A DNA stretch of 63,616 nucleotides, filler included. It is 8 parts of 8 records of this genome, joined end to end, with 100 filler letters (N's around TTAATTAATTAA, not from the genome) between each part and the next. Parts side by side here need not be neighbours in the genome. Positions count along the whole stretch, not along the records: positions 1 to 20,747 come from SRR7504441_1670; 7 more parts are not named here. The stretch is one strand, 5' to 3'. Each line of letters opens with the position of its first letter. The first letter of the stretch is position 1. The notes beneath the pieces are model-generated. The model was not told the DNA's origin and made no database searches. It saw only the letters and a program-made list of their open reading frames with translations. Shown here in pieces: positions 1 to 12,600 of this stretch. The position numbers and the translations under genes are program-made.

Positions 1-3000
1 GGGGGGGGTGATACACCTGCAGTTGCGCTAGGCGCGCTAAAGACTCGAGTGGGCCACTCTGAGTACGCAGCGGGACTGGCCGGACTGGCACAGGCAGTGT
101 TAGGGCTGCAGCTGGCCTGGACAGCGCCGAATTTGCACCTGTGCCGGGTCAATTCGTACCTTGAACTGGAGGATCCTTACATCACTCTGCCGAGCCAGAA
201 TGGTAGCAGCTTGGCTAGCACGGGCGGAATCAGCTCTTTTGGGTTCACAGGAACGAACAGTCATGCAGTGCTGGCACGACCAAGCACGTCAGAAAGCTTC
301 TTTGCTCCAACGGCCAAAAAAGCTCCATTAGTAGTGTATGAGCACGTAGCATTCCCCTGGTGGAGTACTAGCCACTTTGCCATCGCCAGAGCACCCGGGC
401 CTGCCACATCGGAGCTTTCAGAGAGCTTGGACACACCCATATCATTCGGGTGCCTCAACGACTCCCGTGATGCCTCAACTTGGCAAAAGGCCTGGCATGC
501 GGCAAGCTGTTTATACACAGCCCACCATCGTGTTGGATCGGCCTCCGTTGTACCTGGAACTGGATTCATTTGCTTGGTGCAGCAGGCAGTGTTGGCAAGC
601 AGTGGACAGGACTTGCTGGTACAGCTCCACGAGGCGGCCTTCATTGCCATGTTTGTCCTGGTCGGTTTTCAGCCACTTGTGAGGCTATCAATGCTGCCCT
701 CAGACGCAACAGGAAAAGCAATGGTTACGATTGAATCTAGCATGGACGGACCTGGGTGGGTAAAGCATGTCGAAATATCTGCCACCGCTTCAAGAGAACA
801 AAGATCATTCAACTTGCCTCTGGCAGCACAGCATACTATCTTTCTCAGTTGTGCAACATCCAGCAGCACTCAATACCAAACCTTTGTACCAGTGAGTCTG
901 TCACAACATGCGTTTGCAAAGCTGTCCATGCAAACATCACTGGCAGCATCCACACATCTCCTGCCATGCGACAAGCTAGAGCCTAGCGGCATGGTTGGTT
1001 GGATTTGTCATGTGCATGGTAGTACAGCTCGAGGTTCATACTTGCATTGTGGGCAGCCAGAAAGATTACAATCCGAACGCAAACTGTACCATATAGAGTG
1101 GGCGGAGGAGGAAATTGTGACCTCGCGACTGAAGCGTGCAATGACCCTAGAATGGGGTCCTGGGAACGATACCCCGATTCAATCAATCGAAAAAAGCAGC
1201 ATCAGCGTCATGACCTTGGAGGAGTGTCTGTGCGAACAGGTTCATTGTTCTATTTTGCTGTGCGCGTGCTTGGGCTCTCAAAATACGATACCTGAGGCTC
1301 TTCAGGCAATGAGAGCTGCTGCAAACCATCATTCAGCTATATGGATTGCATCATCATGTGGTTTAGACAGAAGTGCCCTTTGGGGTTTGGTAACTTCGGT
1401 GAACGCTGAGCACCCGCAGTCGGCCCGATGCGTGTACGTCGATTCTGAGTGCAAAATGAGTAGTTACTTAGCAGCTGGACACTGTCCTAGGGAATCGCAG
1501 CTGGCGCTCAAAAAGGAGGGCATTACTCTTGTTGCCAGGCTAACAACGAAGCGTTACCGAGTGCAAGACCCAATCCAGTTGATCGTGCGTGGGCGTGGAG
1601 CTTTGTCCTCTGCCACAACGCAATTGCAGCGCAGAGTACATCTCTTCGCAGGATCCAGCACAGTTCAAGTTAGAGCAGTTGGTCTTAACTTCAGAGATGT
1701 CCTCAATGTATTGGGCATGTACCCAGGAGATCCTGGACCACCTGGGGCTGACTTTGGTGGAGTCGTGTCAGTTCATGGTGGTGCAGAACAGAATGTGCTT
1801 GGCTGGGCATTGGGGAGCCTGCAGTCATATGCTGTGACAGATCCTCGATTGCTAAGTGTGGTGCCGGAGCGCTGGTCGTATAAGGAAGCATGTGCAGTTC
1901 CATCAACATGGGTGACTGCATGGATGTGTCTGGAGGAGCAATTGGGTATGCGGTCGAGTACTGCATTGCTAGTGCAAGCGGCAACGGGTGGATTAGGTCT
2001 AATGGCAGTGCAGTTTGCCTCGTGCGCTAGTGCCAAGCTGTGCGGAACAGCAGGACACGCCAAGAAGAAAGCATTCCTACACTGCTCCTGCAGACTGCAT
2101 CTAGTCAGCACAACAAGGGACGTCGGAGTGTTTGAGGCTGATTCGCGCTACATCCTTGGTACCAGGAGTGCAGGGTGGGCAGCTGTGATCAACAGCCTCT
2201 CACATGACAATTACATTGCAATTGCTCTTGGGCTGGTCACCGAGGGTGGACTATTTGTGGAGATCGGTAAGCGTGGAATCTGGAATCGGAACCAGGTGGC
2301 AACATCAGGAGTGTGCTACAGCGTGGTGGCAATGGATGTTCGTGGGAGCCTGGACCGAGACTGGCAACACGCTGTGCTACGAGGCCTGAGCTTTCGAGGC
2401 GGTAAATCACTGCCCTTGCATATCTTTGACCTCCACCGCGATGGAGTAGAAGGATTCAGGCTACTGCAACGGGCAGGTAGCCAAGCGTCAGTGTTTGCCT
2501 TTCCCTGCTTCTATAGAGTATCATTTAGCGCATAACGTTAGTGCTAAGGGTTTAATATAATTGCGTCTCTCAGTTGTTTGTCCAGGCCAAATCGGGAAGG
2601 TCGTGGTGAATACGAACCAAAGACACCGGTTGTGGACTGCAAGTGTCGACTCTTCGAGCGCCCACACTGCATGCTATCTTGTGACGGGAGGCACTGGAGC
2701 ATTGGGTTTGTCATTTGGACAGTGGCTGATGGATAGCTGCAACAACATCCAACTATTATCACGCAGCGGAATAGTCGTCGAAGGACTAAAGCAGCTATGG
2801 GAACAGTGTGTAACAGGCGTCTCTGGCAATCTGCAGGTTGGGCTATGCAACGTTTCGCAGTCCCACGAGCTACAGCTATCAGTTGAGCGCCAGTTGTCTG
2901 GATTAATGCACTCTGCCGGGGCTCTTGCAGATGGTCTCCTGCAGGATCAGACTCAAAGTGGGTTGCGACGAGTTTGGGCACCAAAGGCACGTGCTGCATG

Positions 3001-3690
3001 GAATCTGCATGAAGCAGTCACTCATGAAAATTCAGAGTTTCAGACTTTCATACTTTTCTCGTCGATCGCTGTGCTACTTGCAGGGCCAGGTCAGGCTAAT
3101 TATGTGTCAGCCAATGCTTCCTTGGATGCCTTGGCAAGGCTCAGAAGTGGGCAAGGATTAGCTGCAATCAGTGTACAGTGGGGATCGTGGTCTGGAGCTG
3201 GGATGGCGGTTCAGACTGGTGTGGTGCAGTATCTCAGAAAGCAAGGGATGGAATCCCTTAAAGCCGAGCAAGGAGTTCGAGCTCTTGAGCTAGCTGTAAG
3301 TGCAGAGCATACAGTAGTCGCAGCTTCACTCATCAAATGGCCAGATTTTCTTGAAAGTCACCCATCGGCAGTACTCACAGGATTTCTGGATATGTTTGTG
3401 ACTCAGAAAACCGTATCTTGGCAGCACCATGCATCGTCTGTTGCAAAGTTTGGCATGCAGGACATCGATGGTAGATCCGTGGAGGCAATGGTGTCATCCA
3501 AGGTATGGGAGGCCGCAGGAGTGAAGATTGCGGTGGATGCACCACTGGCAGAGAATGGTGTCGACTCACTGTCGGCTGCGGAGCTGCGGAACTTGCTGCA
3601 GCTTGAACTTGGGGAGGCAGTGAAACTGCCCAGCTCTGTTGTCTTTGAGTATCCCACAGTGTCGATGCTTGGGCACTTTTTGCTGACACA
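1..3690 (+). other. Fully reducing PKS module: KS C-terminus, DH, pseudo-KR, ER, KR, ACP
   Basis: KS GALKTRVGHSEYAAG and SSFGFTGTNSHAVL; DH HRVGSASVVP (HxxxGxxxxP); ER VRAVGLNFRDVL and AATGGLGLMAVQ; KR TGGTGALG, HSAGALADG and GQANYVSAN; ACP GVDSL...VFEYPT. Confidence 0.92.
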
Positions 3691-6600
3691 GCTGTGTGCA
3701 CATCGAAGTTGGTCACATGATGTGCAATCGGCTTCTCTGCCCGAGAGCATGATCCTTCCTGACACAAAAACATTTGAGACTGTTGGTGTAGCGTGCCTGC
3801 TCCCTGGAAAGACATCCACATCATTCGACTTGTGGGAAACCTTGATGCTGGGATGCGTACACATCACTAGCAACCCACCGCTCAGGTGGCAGGAAGCCTG
3901 TTCTTTGGCTGGAGCCCCAGAAGCCGTGTACACTGGGGCGTTTGTCGAAATGAACAGACATACAGACTTGCTCAACGAGGCTGATGATCACCTCAAGCTT
4001 ATGGTTGGAGTGAGTCGCGATGCAATATTAGATACCAGAAGCCTCGTGCAACCGTATACGTGTGGGCTTTTTACTGCGGCTGCAGCACAGTCTTTTGTGA
4101 TCCCACTATCACAATTCCACATTTCTCGCGTCGTTGCGCAGAGTTTGAAGATCGGAGGACCTCATCACAATGCAGATGCTGCGTGCTCATCAGGTTATCT
4201 TGCGTTTGTGTATGCACTTGAGGCCCTAGGATCAGGAAGCTGTGGAGCTGCTGTGGTGACTTATGCTAATTTGCCTCTGTATTGACGATAGGTCTGTGCA
4301 GGTGTGCGGCGTATCACTACTCCGAGACCCGGCTATGCCCATATCGCTTTTGGACATGGGTATTCTGTCACCATCTGGCTCCATGTGTCCGTGGGATGCT
4401 AGCGCTGATGGAATGGTGTGGGGCGAGGGCTGCTGCTCCGCAGTAGTGCAGCACGCTACCTCCAAACAGGAGTACGTGACCATCACCGGATGGGGAGTGA
4501 CACAGACCAGTTCACAGCTTCCGCTCGGGTTCTCGGATCCTGCTGCAATGGAGTCTTCAATCTTACGTGCCATGTCATGCGCTATACTCCAGCCTCAGAC
4601 AGTTGAGCTGATACATATGCACGCAATGGGAAGCCCGGCATCGGATATCCCTGAGCTGATGGCTGTTACAAATGGATTGTGTGGAGTCGAAAGAATAGCG
4701 CTAGCAATCGTGAATCATAAGGCTAACTTCGGGCACGCTGTGACTGCTGCTGGGCTAATGGCAGTTCTCACCACAATCGTGGCAGTTCAGCAACGACAGG
4801 CTCCTCCGCTTTACAGCATCACATGTCCCATCAAAGAGGTCACGGCAGCGTGCCTTTCATTACCCTTGGATTGTAAGCTCAACCTCCGGGCGCAAGGTAT
4901 CGTCCACGCTGGCATACATGGGACAAGCGTGAGTGGTGATAACATCTTCATGCTTGCTTGCCAATGCCAGGAAAGTCGCGGATTACAATTGAATCAGTTC
5001 GTCAATGCTGCTTCTTTTTCATCATTGGTTAATCCGGCGTTACAAGATCAGCACCGAGAAAATTGCGATTCTAGCTCTCTTTCGCCGCTCATTGGTTTGT
5101 GCTGCAGAAACTTGTCTGAACTCGCATCGCAAATCGCCGACCGGACGGTTTTTGCCGATGATCAGCTGCTTGGGGATGCACTGAATTCGGTGCAACTTGT
5201 GCGTTTTACCCAGCGGGCACAGAAAGAGTTTGGAATGGAAATTCTGCCAGCTGTGGTGATCGAGCACAAAACTATTCGAGCTGCTCTTGCATTCATGGCC
5301 TCTATGGATGAAGCTGTTCAGGAAGGCGATAGCCAATCCAGCTCCAACGGACAGATGGCAATGGGCCATCCACAAGACAATATTAAAGAGCGCTGTCTTG
5401 AAGCTCTGGGCTCAGATCCTCCACAACCGCCCCTGCGCTTAGACCCCGTTGAAGAAGCTACCAAATCTCGAGAGCAGTTTCAAAATGCACCAACACCCAT
5501 GCTTCAATTCAGTATTTTGTTCTTTGGTTCAGACTTGGACGACACGGCTGAAGCTTACCAACTTGTGTTTGACATGTCACTGCTGGCAGACAGGAATGGG
5601 TTTCAAGCTGTGTGGTTTCCAGAAAGGCACTTTGAAGTGTTTGGAGGATCATTTCCGAATCCAAACCCTCTTGCTGCGTCTGTTGCAAAGCTCACTAGCA
5701 AGATTCGCCTGAGAGCTGGTAGCGTCAACATCCCACAGCATTTTTCGCCGCTAAGGGTGGCTGAGGACTGGGCAATGGTTGATAACTTGTCAGGTGGGCG
5801 TGTCGATATCAGTTTTGGTGCAGGTTGGAATGCAGTCGACTTTGCACTGCAGCCCCAGAATTTCTTCGTAAATAAGTTGGTGCTTTGGGAATCGATTCGA
5901 GCTGTCCGCCATCTATGGCAAGGTGGAAAGCTACAGGTCCGCGACGGCCTTCGTAAGGAGATCAGCATTGGAACACGCCCTCGTCCGATCCAGCCTGCTC
6001 TCGAGGCGTGGGTCAGTGCATCGGTCAACCCACAGACCTTTTGGGATGCTGGTGCTGTTGGATGCAACATATTGTGCAGCGTATTTGGTCAGACATGGTC
6101 AGATCTCGGCCAGAAAACCGAGTTCCACAGGCTTTCTCTCACACATCATGGGTTTGACCCAACGCAGCGGACTGCTACATGCCTTGTGCATACCTTCATG
6201 CTTGAATCCGACCAAGCCGCGCAGGCTGTGGCCAGAAAGCCTCTGGTGGATTATCTACTCAAGGGAATACATCTAATCAGATTGCAAGACCCAGCTATTG
6301 CTGAACTGCCAGATACAGAGCTCGCATCAGTCGCTGCATCCCGCTTTCTGCAAACAGCAAGCTTGATTGGTAGCCTGGAGAGCTGCAAAGCGATGGCATC
6401 GAGGATACGCTCAGTAGCAGGAATTGACGAAATTGCGTGCTTGGTCGACTTTGTGACAAACCGAAGGAAGGTGATTGACAGTTTTGGGTATATTACTCGG
6501 CTTTCTACATCTTTTAGCCAGAGATTGCCTCACCAACGAAAGATTCCTGCGATACGTGCTGATGCACTCACAACACCGTTTCCTCTGGCACATCGGAGCG

Positions 6601-9600
6601 CTAGAAGACATGCATGCTTCCTCAAGAGAGTCGAGTGTGTGCCTGGGACTGAATGTTTCGTTGTGACAATTCATTTTGATACCATGCCAAGCTTTATCCC
6701 TGGTCAACACGTCGTTTTGCTTCACGTCGACTCAGAAGACACGGTCTATGTGTTCGCATCACTCAGCGACGTGAATCTTTCCAATCAAACCATCGAGCTG
6801 GTGCTAAGAGCTGGGTTCTGGCCACCAATTCTCTCGCGTTTGCCTCACATGTCAGCAGGAACCCCGCTACAAGTTGATGGCGCTCATGGCACCATGATTC
6901 TGCCATCCCTAAAGGACTTGGATGGATTCAGGCGCATAACACTCATCGGGGCAGGTACTGGCATAGCTGGCTTGCGATGTATCCTCAAAAGTCTTCTCCT
7001 CAGCAAACCTTCACTCAAAGTCAATCTTGTTTATTCATGGAACTGTGCAAAATACCCTTCAATACTTTACCACGATGAGTTTCTGCTCATGGCACAACGA
7101 GGTCAGATCTCGTATACGCTCTGTGCAACTGGCGATAACAAAATTGTCAGTAGCCCGAACGTAAGGATCTTCCACCACCGTATGGACGCGGAGGTTTTGA
7201 GAAACGAAGTGTGCCGAGAGACGCTCGTTTTTGTGAGCGGGATGCCACTAATGGTCGGTCATGTGCTGATTCAGTTGAAACTCCTGGGAGTGCCGTCGTA
7301 CCACGTCAAGACAGAGTCGTATGGAGTTGAGTCTGCGAGAGCTTACCTTGAGGAAAAGCCTATTTCCTTCGTAGCTCACAGTACCACGTCTGGCGCCGAA
7401 CATCTCAGCATTCAGTGTGAAGTAGAAAGCCAGCCGTTCAGTACTGTCCCCCTGTCGTTTCCGGTATCCTTGCCAGACGAGGCTGCTGGGGTCGGTATTG
7501 TAGGTCTAGCCTGCCGCTTGGCAGCAGACGCGAATGCAGCTCCGAGCTTATGGAATGCACTCGGGTCGAATCTGTGTACGGTGACACGCTCTCCCCCTGC
7601 CAGATGGGTGGAGGCTTGCAAACAAGAAGGCATCTCTTCCTTGCCAGGTGCATTCATCGATGCATCAGAGCAGATTGACTGGCTCAAAGGCCCAGCAGTC
7701 GATGCCGAGCAGTTAGATTCTCACCTTCAAGTTCTGCTGAGCGTCATGGATGAAGCTCTGGTAGCTTCTGGCAAGCCTCGCGCCATGTGCCAGTACCAAT
7801 GTATTGGTGTTTTTACTGCGGTCGAATCTTGCCGACTCGTGGTTCCTACCCCAACCTGGCTGATTTCTGGCCTGGTTGGCCAGCTGTTGCAGCTGAATGG
7901 ACCACACAGAAATTCAGATGCGACATGTGCTTCTGGGTATCTGTCTGTTTGCTTGGCAGTGGAAAGCATCCGGTTTGGTCATTGTCAGTGTGCTGTTGCT
8001 GGTGGATCGGCTCTCAGTCTTCGAGCAGGGCCAATGTATTCGATGTTGGTCCAAGGAATATTTTCTAGAAGTGGCCGCATCGCGCCGTTAGACACGAGTG
8101 CAGATGGCACTGTTATCGCAGAAGGTTCGGTGGCCATCACACTGACCTCGAATACGTCCGACAGCCATGCATCTATCACTGGCTTCGGCACTTGTCGTAC
8201 CCTCTGCGCAGCGGTTACAGGAGTCACCAGCCCGATAGAGATGCAACGCGCTTGTGCGTCTTCTCTTGCAGCTGCCCGATATAAAGCAGGGGATATAAAC
8301 TTGGTCCATCTACATGCAACAGGTAATCCTCATGCGGATATTCCAGAAGTCACAGCCATGGCAGAGGTTCTGACCAATAGCGCCTGTTCAACCAACGATG
8401 CACTCATTCTTTTGGGTCACAAGGGAGTATTTGGGCACACTGAACCGAATAGTGGCATTCTAGGGATTGTTGCGACCGCTCTTAGTCTCAGTCACCGCCT
8501 TGTACCGAGTCACGTTCGTATAAGGAAGACTGTGACAGAGGTAGCCGCTCGTAAAGAATTGGACCTTCCTGTTACATATCCTCGAAAGCTGGAGGCCGTC
8601 AGACCACTGCGAGCTTCAGTCAATGCTAATTCAGGTAGTGGGGACAGTGTGCACATAGTGATGGAGGCGTGCGCGCGCAGTTGTGCCCAACATTCTCTGT
8701 CATGGGCTCACACAGCTCTGAAGGTGCCAGACCTCGTCTTCATTCCACATCATGTTGGCATTGCTATTCACAATATCGACAACACGTTGAGTTCTCTCAT
8801 TGGCCTAGGATTTCGACGAGTGAGTAGATTTATATCTGAAGCTGAGCACGTAGAGGTGCACAAACCCATCTTTTTGTGCTCTGTAATCTTACTGACCGGT
8901 TGCTCTGGTTTTAGGTTTGCTTCGTTGACATCGGCGGGCCGGTCTTGCTCGAGCTTGTTCAGGGCTTGGACAAGTACTCGCCGGTTCAAAAGCTGTTAGA
9001 AGACACTGGGCCCGCTCCATATCATATTTGCTATCAGGTTCAGGATCTGCAAAGGGCACTGGCTCATCTTGAGGGCTGTGGTCACACGGTCACAACCAGG
9101 CAGTCTGAATTTCATGCATTTGTACTCTCTCCAGATAAGCAACTAGTCGAATTAGTGAGCTTTGACATCTCAAAGTATTGGATTGGCTCTGATGGTAAGA
9201 TCAACTTACTAACAAGCCATGCAGCTGCTCCCATGCCTTGTGCCATGAAAGCTGAGTTGAACTTTGTTGGGTTTTGTGTCCGCTGCACTAAAACCGCGGT
9301 TGCTCTGTGCAAACAAAGCTTTGGATTCGACGTACTGGAATCCTCAGGCAATTCTTCACATTCTGTCATCCTGAATGCTGGCGGAGGGCTGGCAATCAAA
9401 GTTTTCGAGCCTAATAACGAGCTTGAATCAAGGGACCGCCGGTTTGAGAGACCTGGGGCATACCACTTATGCTTCTCCCGTGTACACGCTGATGACTGCG
9501 CGAAAGAGTTGACCCTTTTGAGTACCGCATATCAACACAGCGAGATTCGCCAAATGTCGGACGGACAATTGTTGTGCTGGTCACCTGATTCTCAGATTCG

Positions 9601-12600
9601 CCACCAGGCCCAGCTCTTGAAGAAATCACGTGGGGTTTCCAGCATGGCCAATCGCAACAGCGAGGAGTCACGCTCCCCTGTCATGCCATCTAATCACACG
9701 CCTGACCTCCTGCTGAGCATTATATCACGGCATGTGAATGATATAGCTCAGAAGTGCGTGGATGTTTCCTCGCCCCTCATGAAATCTGGACTAAGCTCGC
9801 GCGGGGCTCTTGTCCTCCAAAAAGCTATCACGGAAAGATTCCAGGGCATCCAGGTATCTCCAGTACTGATCTTTGACTACCCGACTGTCACAGAAATTGC
9901 CGCCCATATTCACGCCTTGCTTGAACCGATGGACATCAGGTGACTTGATGCATCGCCTATGATCGTGTGGAATTGACCTTGGTGTATGATGCAGGTGTGA
10001 CCATGACCAGCTAGCATCAGAATTACCGATGGGCGCAAAATCGGTCCAGAGTGTCGTTGCAGCAGAGTGCTCTGCTCCCGGTGGCTGTCGTACCTCTAAT
10101 AGTCTGTGGAGCTCACTCAACTCGGCGCATAATAGCGCTGAGCAAATTCCTCAGTGTCGCTTCGATTTGGGGGCATATGACGAGCTCAGTGTCAATGTAG
10201 GTCACTTTCTGAAAGATGTGGAATTGTTTGATCATATCTACTTTGACATGGGATCGCTGGAAGTAGAAGCTACAGATCCTCACCATCGGATATTCTTGGA
10301 GCTTGCTGCAGAGCTTTGCGCGGCCGGTCATGTGAAGCGTTCGCTTTCAGGTCTGGCCATGGGGGTTTTTGCAGGACTCTGTTACAATGATTGGATGAAA
10401 GTGGAACGTGGCAGCGAGACCTCGATCTTCTCAGCGCATGGTGGCGACATGAGCTCTGCCTCAAGTCGAGTTTCGTACTTGTTTGGGCTCAAAGGGCCAT
10501 CTATGACTATCAATACCGGCTGTTCGTCAGGACTTACAGCACTGGACACTGCACGTCACAACGTGAAGGCACTAGCATGTAGGTCGTCCTTGGTTCTTGC
10601 AGTAAACTTGCACCTTTCTGTTGATGGGTGGATTGCTCTCGGTGTCATTGGTGTGCTTGCTCCTGACGGCCAATCCAAGACATTTGATATCAAAGCAGAT
10701 GGGATGGGCTACTCAGAGGCGAGTGGGGGTGTGCTGATACAACCTGACTCATTCCACGCCCCTTGCTGTGTGGCTGGCTCAGCTGTGAATCAAGATGGCC
10801 GAAGTGCAAACTTCATGGCACCCAATGGATTGGCTCAACAAGCTGTCATTCAAGCTGCTCTGGAGGCCAGAAGCGTTGAGCATCATGTCGAAGTGCATGG
10901 CACAGGCACACAACTCGGTGATTCGGTCGAAATGGCATCGTTGTGTAGCGGACTGCTTCGTAACAGTAAAAGGCACATAGGGTTAGTGGTTGCCGGGGCT
11001 GTAAAATCCAACCTTGGGCACACAGAGGCGGCGTCTTCACTGGTAGGGCTCGTTAAGACCATTACCACCCTGCAGCGCGAATACGTGGCACCGAATCTAC
11101 ATCTGACACAAACCAATCCTAATTTGGACCAGCAGCTAGTTGAGAGTGTATCACCATCTGAATCAGCCCGGGTTGCCTTTGGTATGAACTGCATTGAGCG
11201 CGTTGGGGGCATCAGTGCCTTCAGCTTCAGTGGCACAAACACTCATGCCGTTGTTGTGTCTGGAGACAGGTTGGTCCAGTCAGAATTGGCAAAGCGCCGT
11301 CCCATGGTGCAGTTTTGCCACCAAGTCTTTTCATGGTGGTCTGCACCATTTACACAAGGGTCTCCATCCAAGACTGGTGTCTACAGGTTGGAAACTGTGG
11401 TGCTTGAACAAGTTGCAAGAATAGTAGGTACACGTGTCGGGCTAGATGAACCGCTTGCCGAAGCGGGATTTGTGTCTTTGCTGGCGGTCGAGTTACAACG
11501 ACAATTATCGTCTACTTTAGGCGTGCCACTTCCAGCAACAATTTTCTTTGATCATCCATCAATCTCAGAGCTTACTTTATACATCACGGAGGTCATAGGA
11601 TCCAACAAAGGACTTGATGCTCCAATTTCCAGCCAGACATCATTGCCCCAGATGGGAATTGTCTTTTCAGAGCAGAGCATCAGCGCACACGACTGGTCTT
11701 TACCTGCTGTGCTCTCTTATGAGCAAGAACAGTTTCTTACGCAGCAAGAAATGGCCCCAAGCTGCACTGCTTTCAATCTACTCTTTTGCTCAAAGGCCTA
11801 TCGTCATCTAGGCCTACATCAAGTAGAGGAAGCTGTGCGAAGCATCATCAGGCGTCATGGTATCCTGCGAACGTCCTATTCTTTCGAAGCAGGTGAGGCC
11901 AGACAGAGGATTGTTGATTGGGAGCCAGCCATTACAACCGTGCAGTCGCTCAAAGATGTTTTTCTTCATGCAAGCCGGCCGTTCGATCTTTTGTCGGGCC
12001 AGCCTCCAATTCGAGTTGTTCTTGTAAACGCTCGCGATGCACACTTTTTAGTGCTCATATCGCATCACATTGCTATCGATGGGATCTCTATTGCCATTCT
12101 GCAGGACGAGCTGAACCTTTCATTATCCACACTTTCCTGTGGAAAGGGGCTGGAGCAGATCGAAGATTTGCCGCCTTTACACTCGATGGCATTATACGCC
12201 ACGCAGCAGCGATCTCTGCGAGGCGACTATTGCGATTCTTCCTTGTCCTACTGGCGTGACAAATTTAAGGACAAACCTAGAAGTTTAGACTTCGGATGCA
12301 CACGCCCTAAGACCTTCACACATCTTGGAGCTAGTGTTCCAGTGGTTATTCCTGCGGGTTCCTGGACTGCAATCACAGCTGCTGGAGCCAAGGTAGCTGC
12401 ATCTCCCGCGGCCTGCTTGTTTGCATTATGGGCTGCTTTGTTGAACTGTTACACCAAACAGGACCAAATTGGGCTGCTTGTGCCGGTTGACCAGCGTGGA
12501 TTTCGTCGTTGCTTTACTGGAGTAGTTGGAAATATGGCAAACATGGTAGCCCTGTGGGTTGACGTTGGTTCTGTCGGATCAGTGATATCCTTGATGCGTC

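Noticed and set aside
2477-9994. Stops and frame changes in the PKS read as a pseudogene or a bacterial multi-gene operon
   Set aside because: Each break has GT...AG ends in the correct phase. Three fall inside domains whose motifs are restored by splicing.
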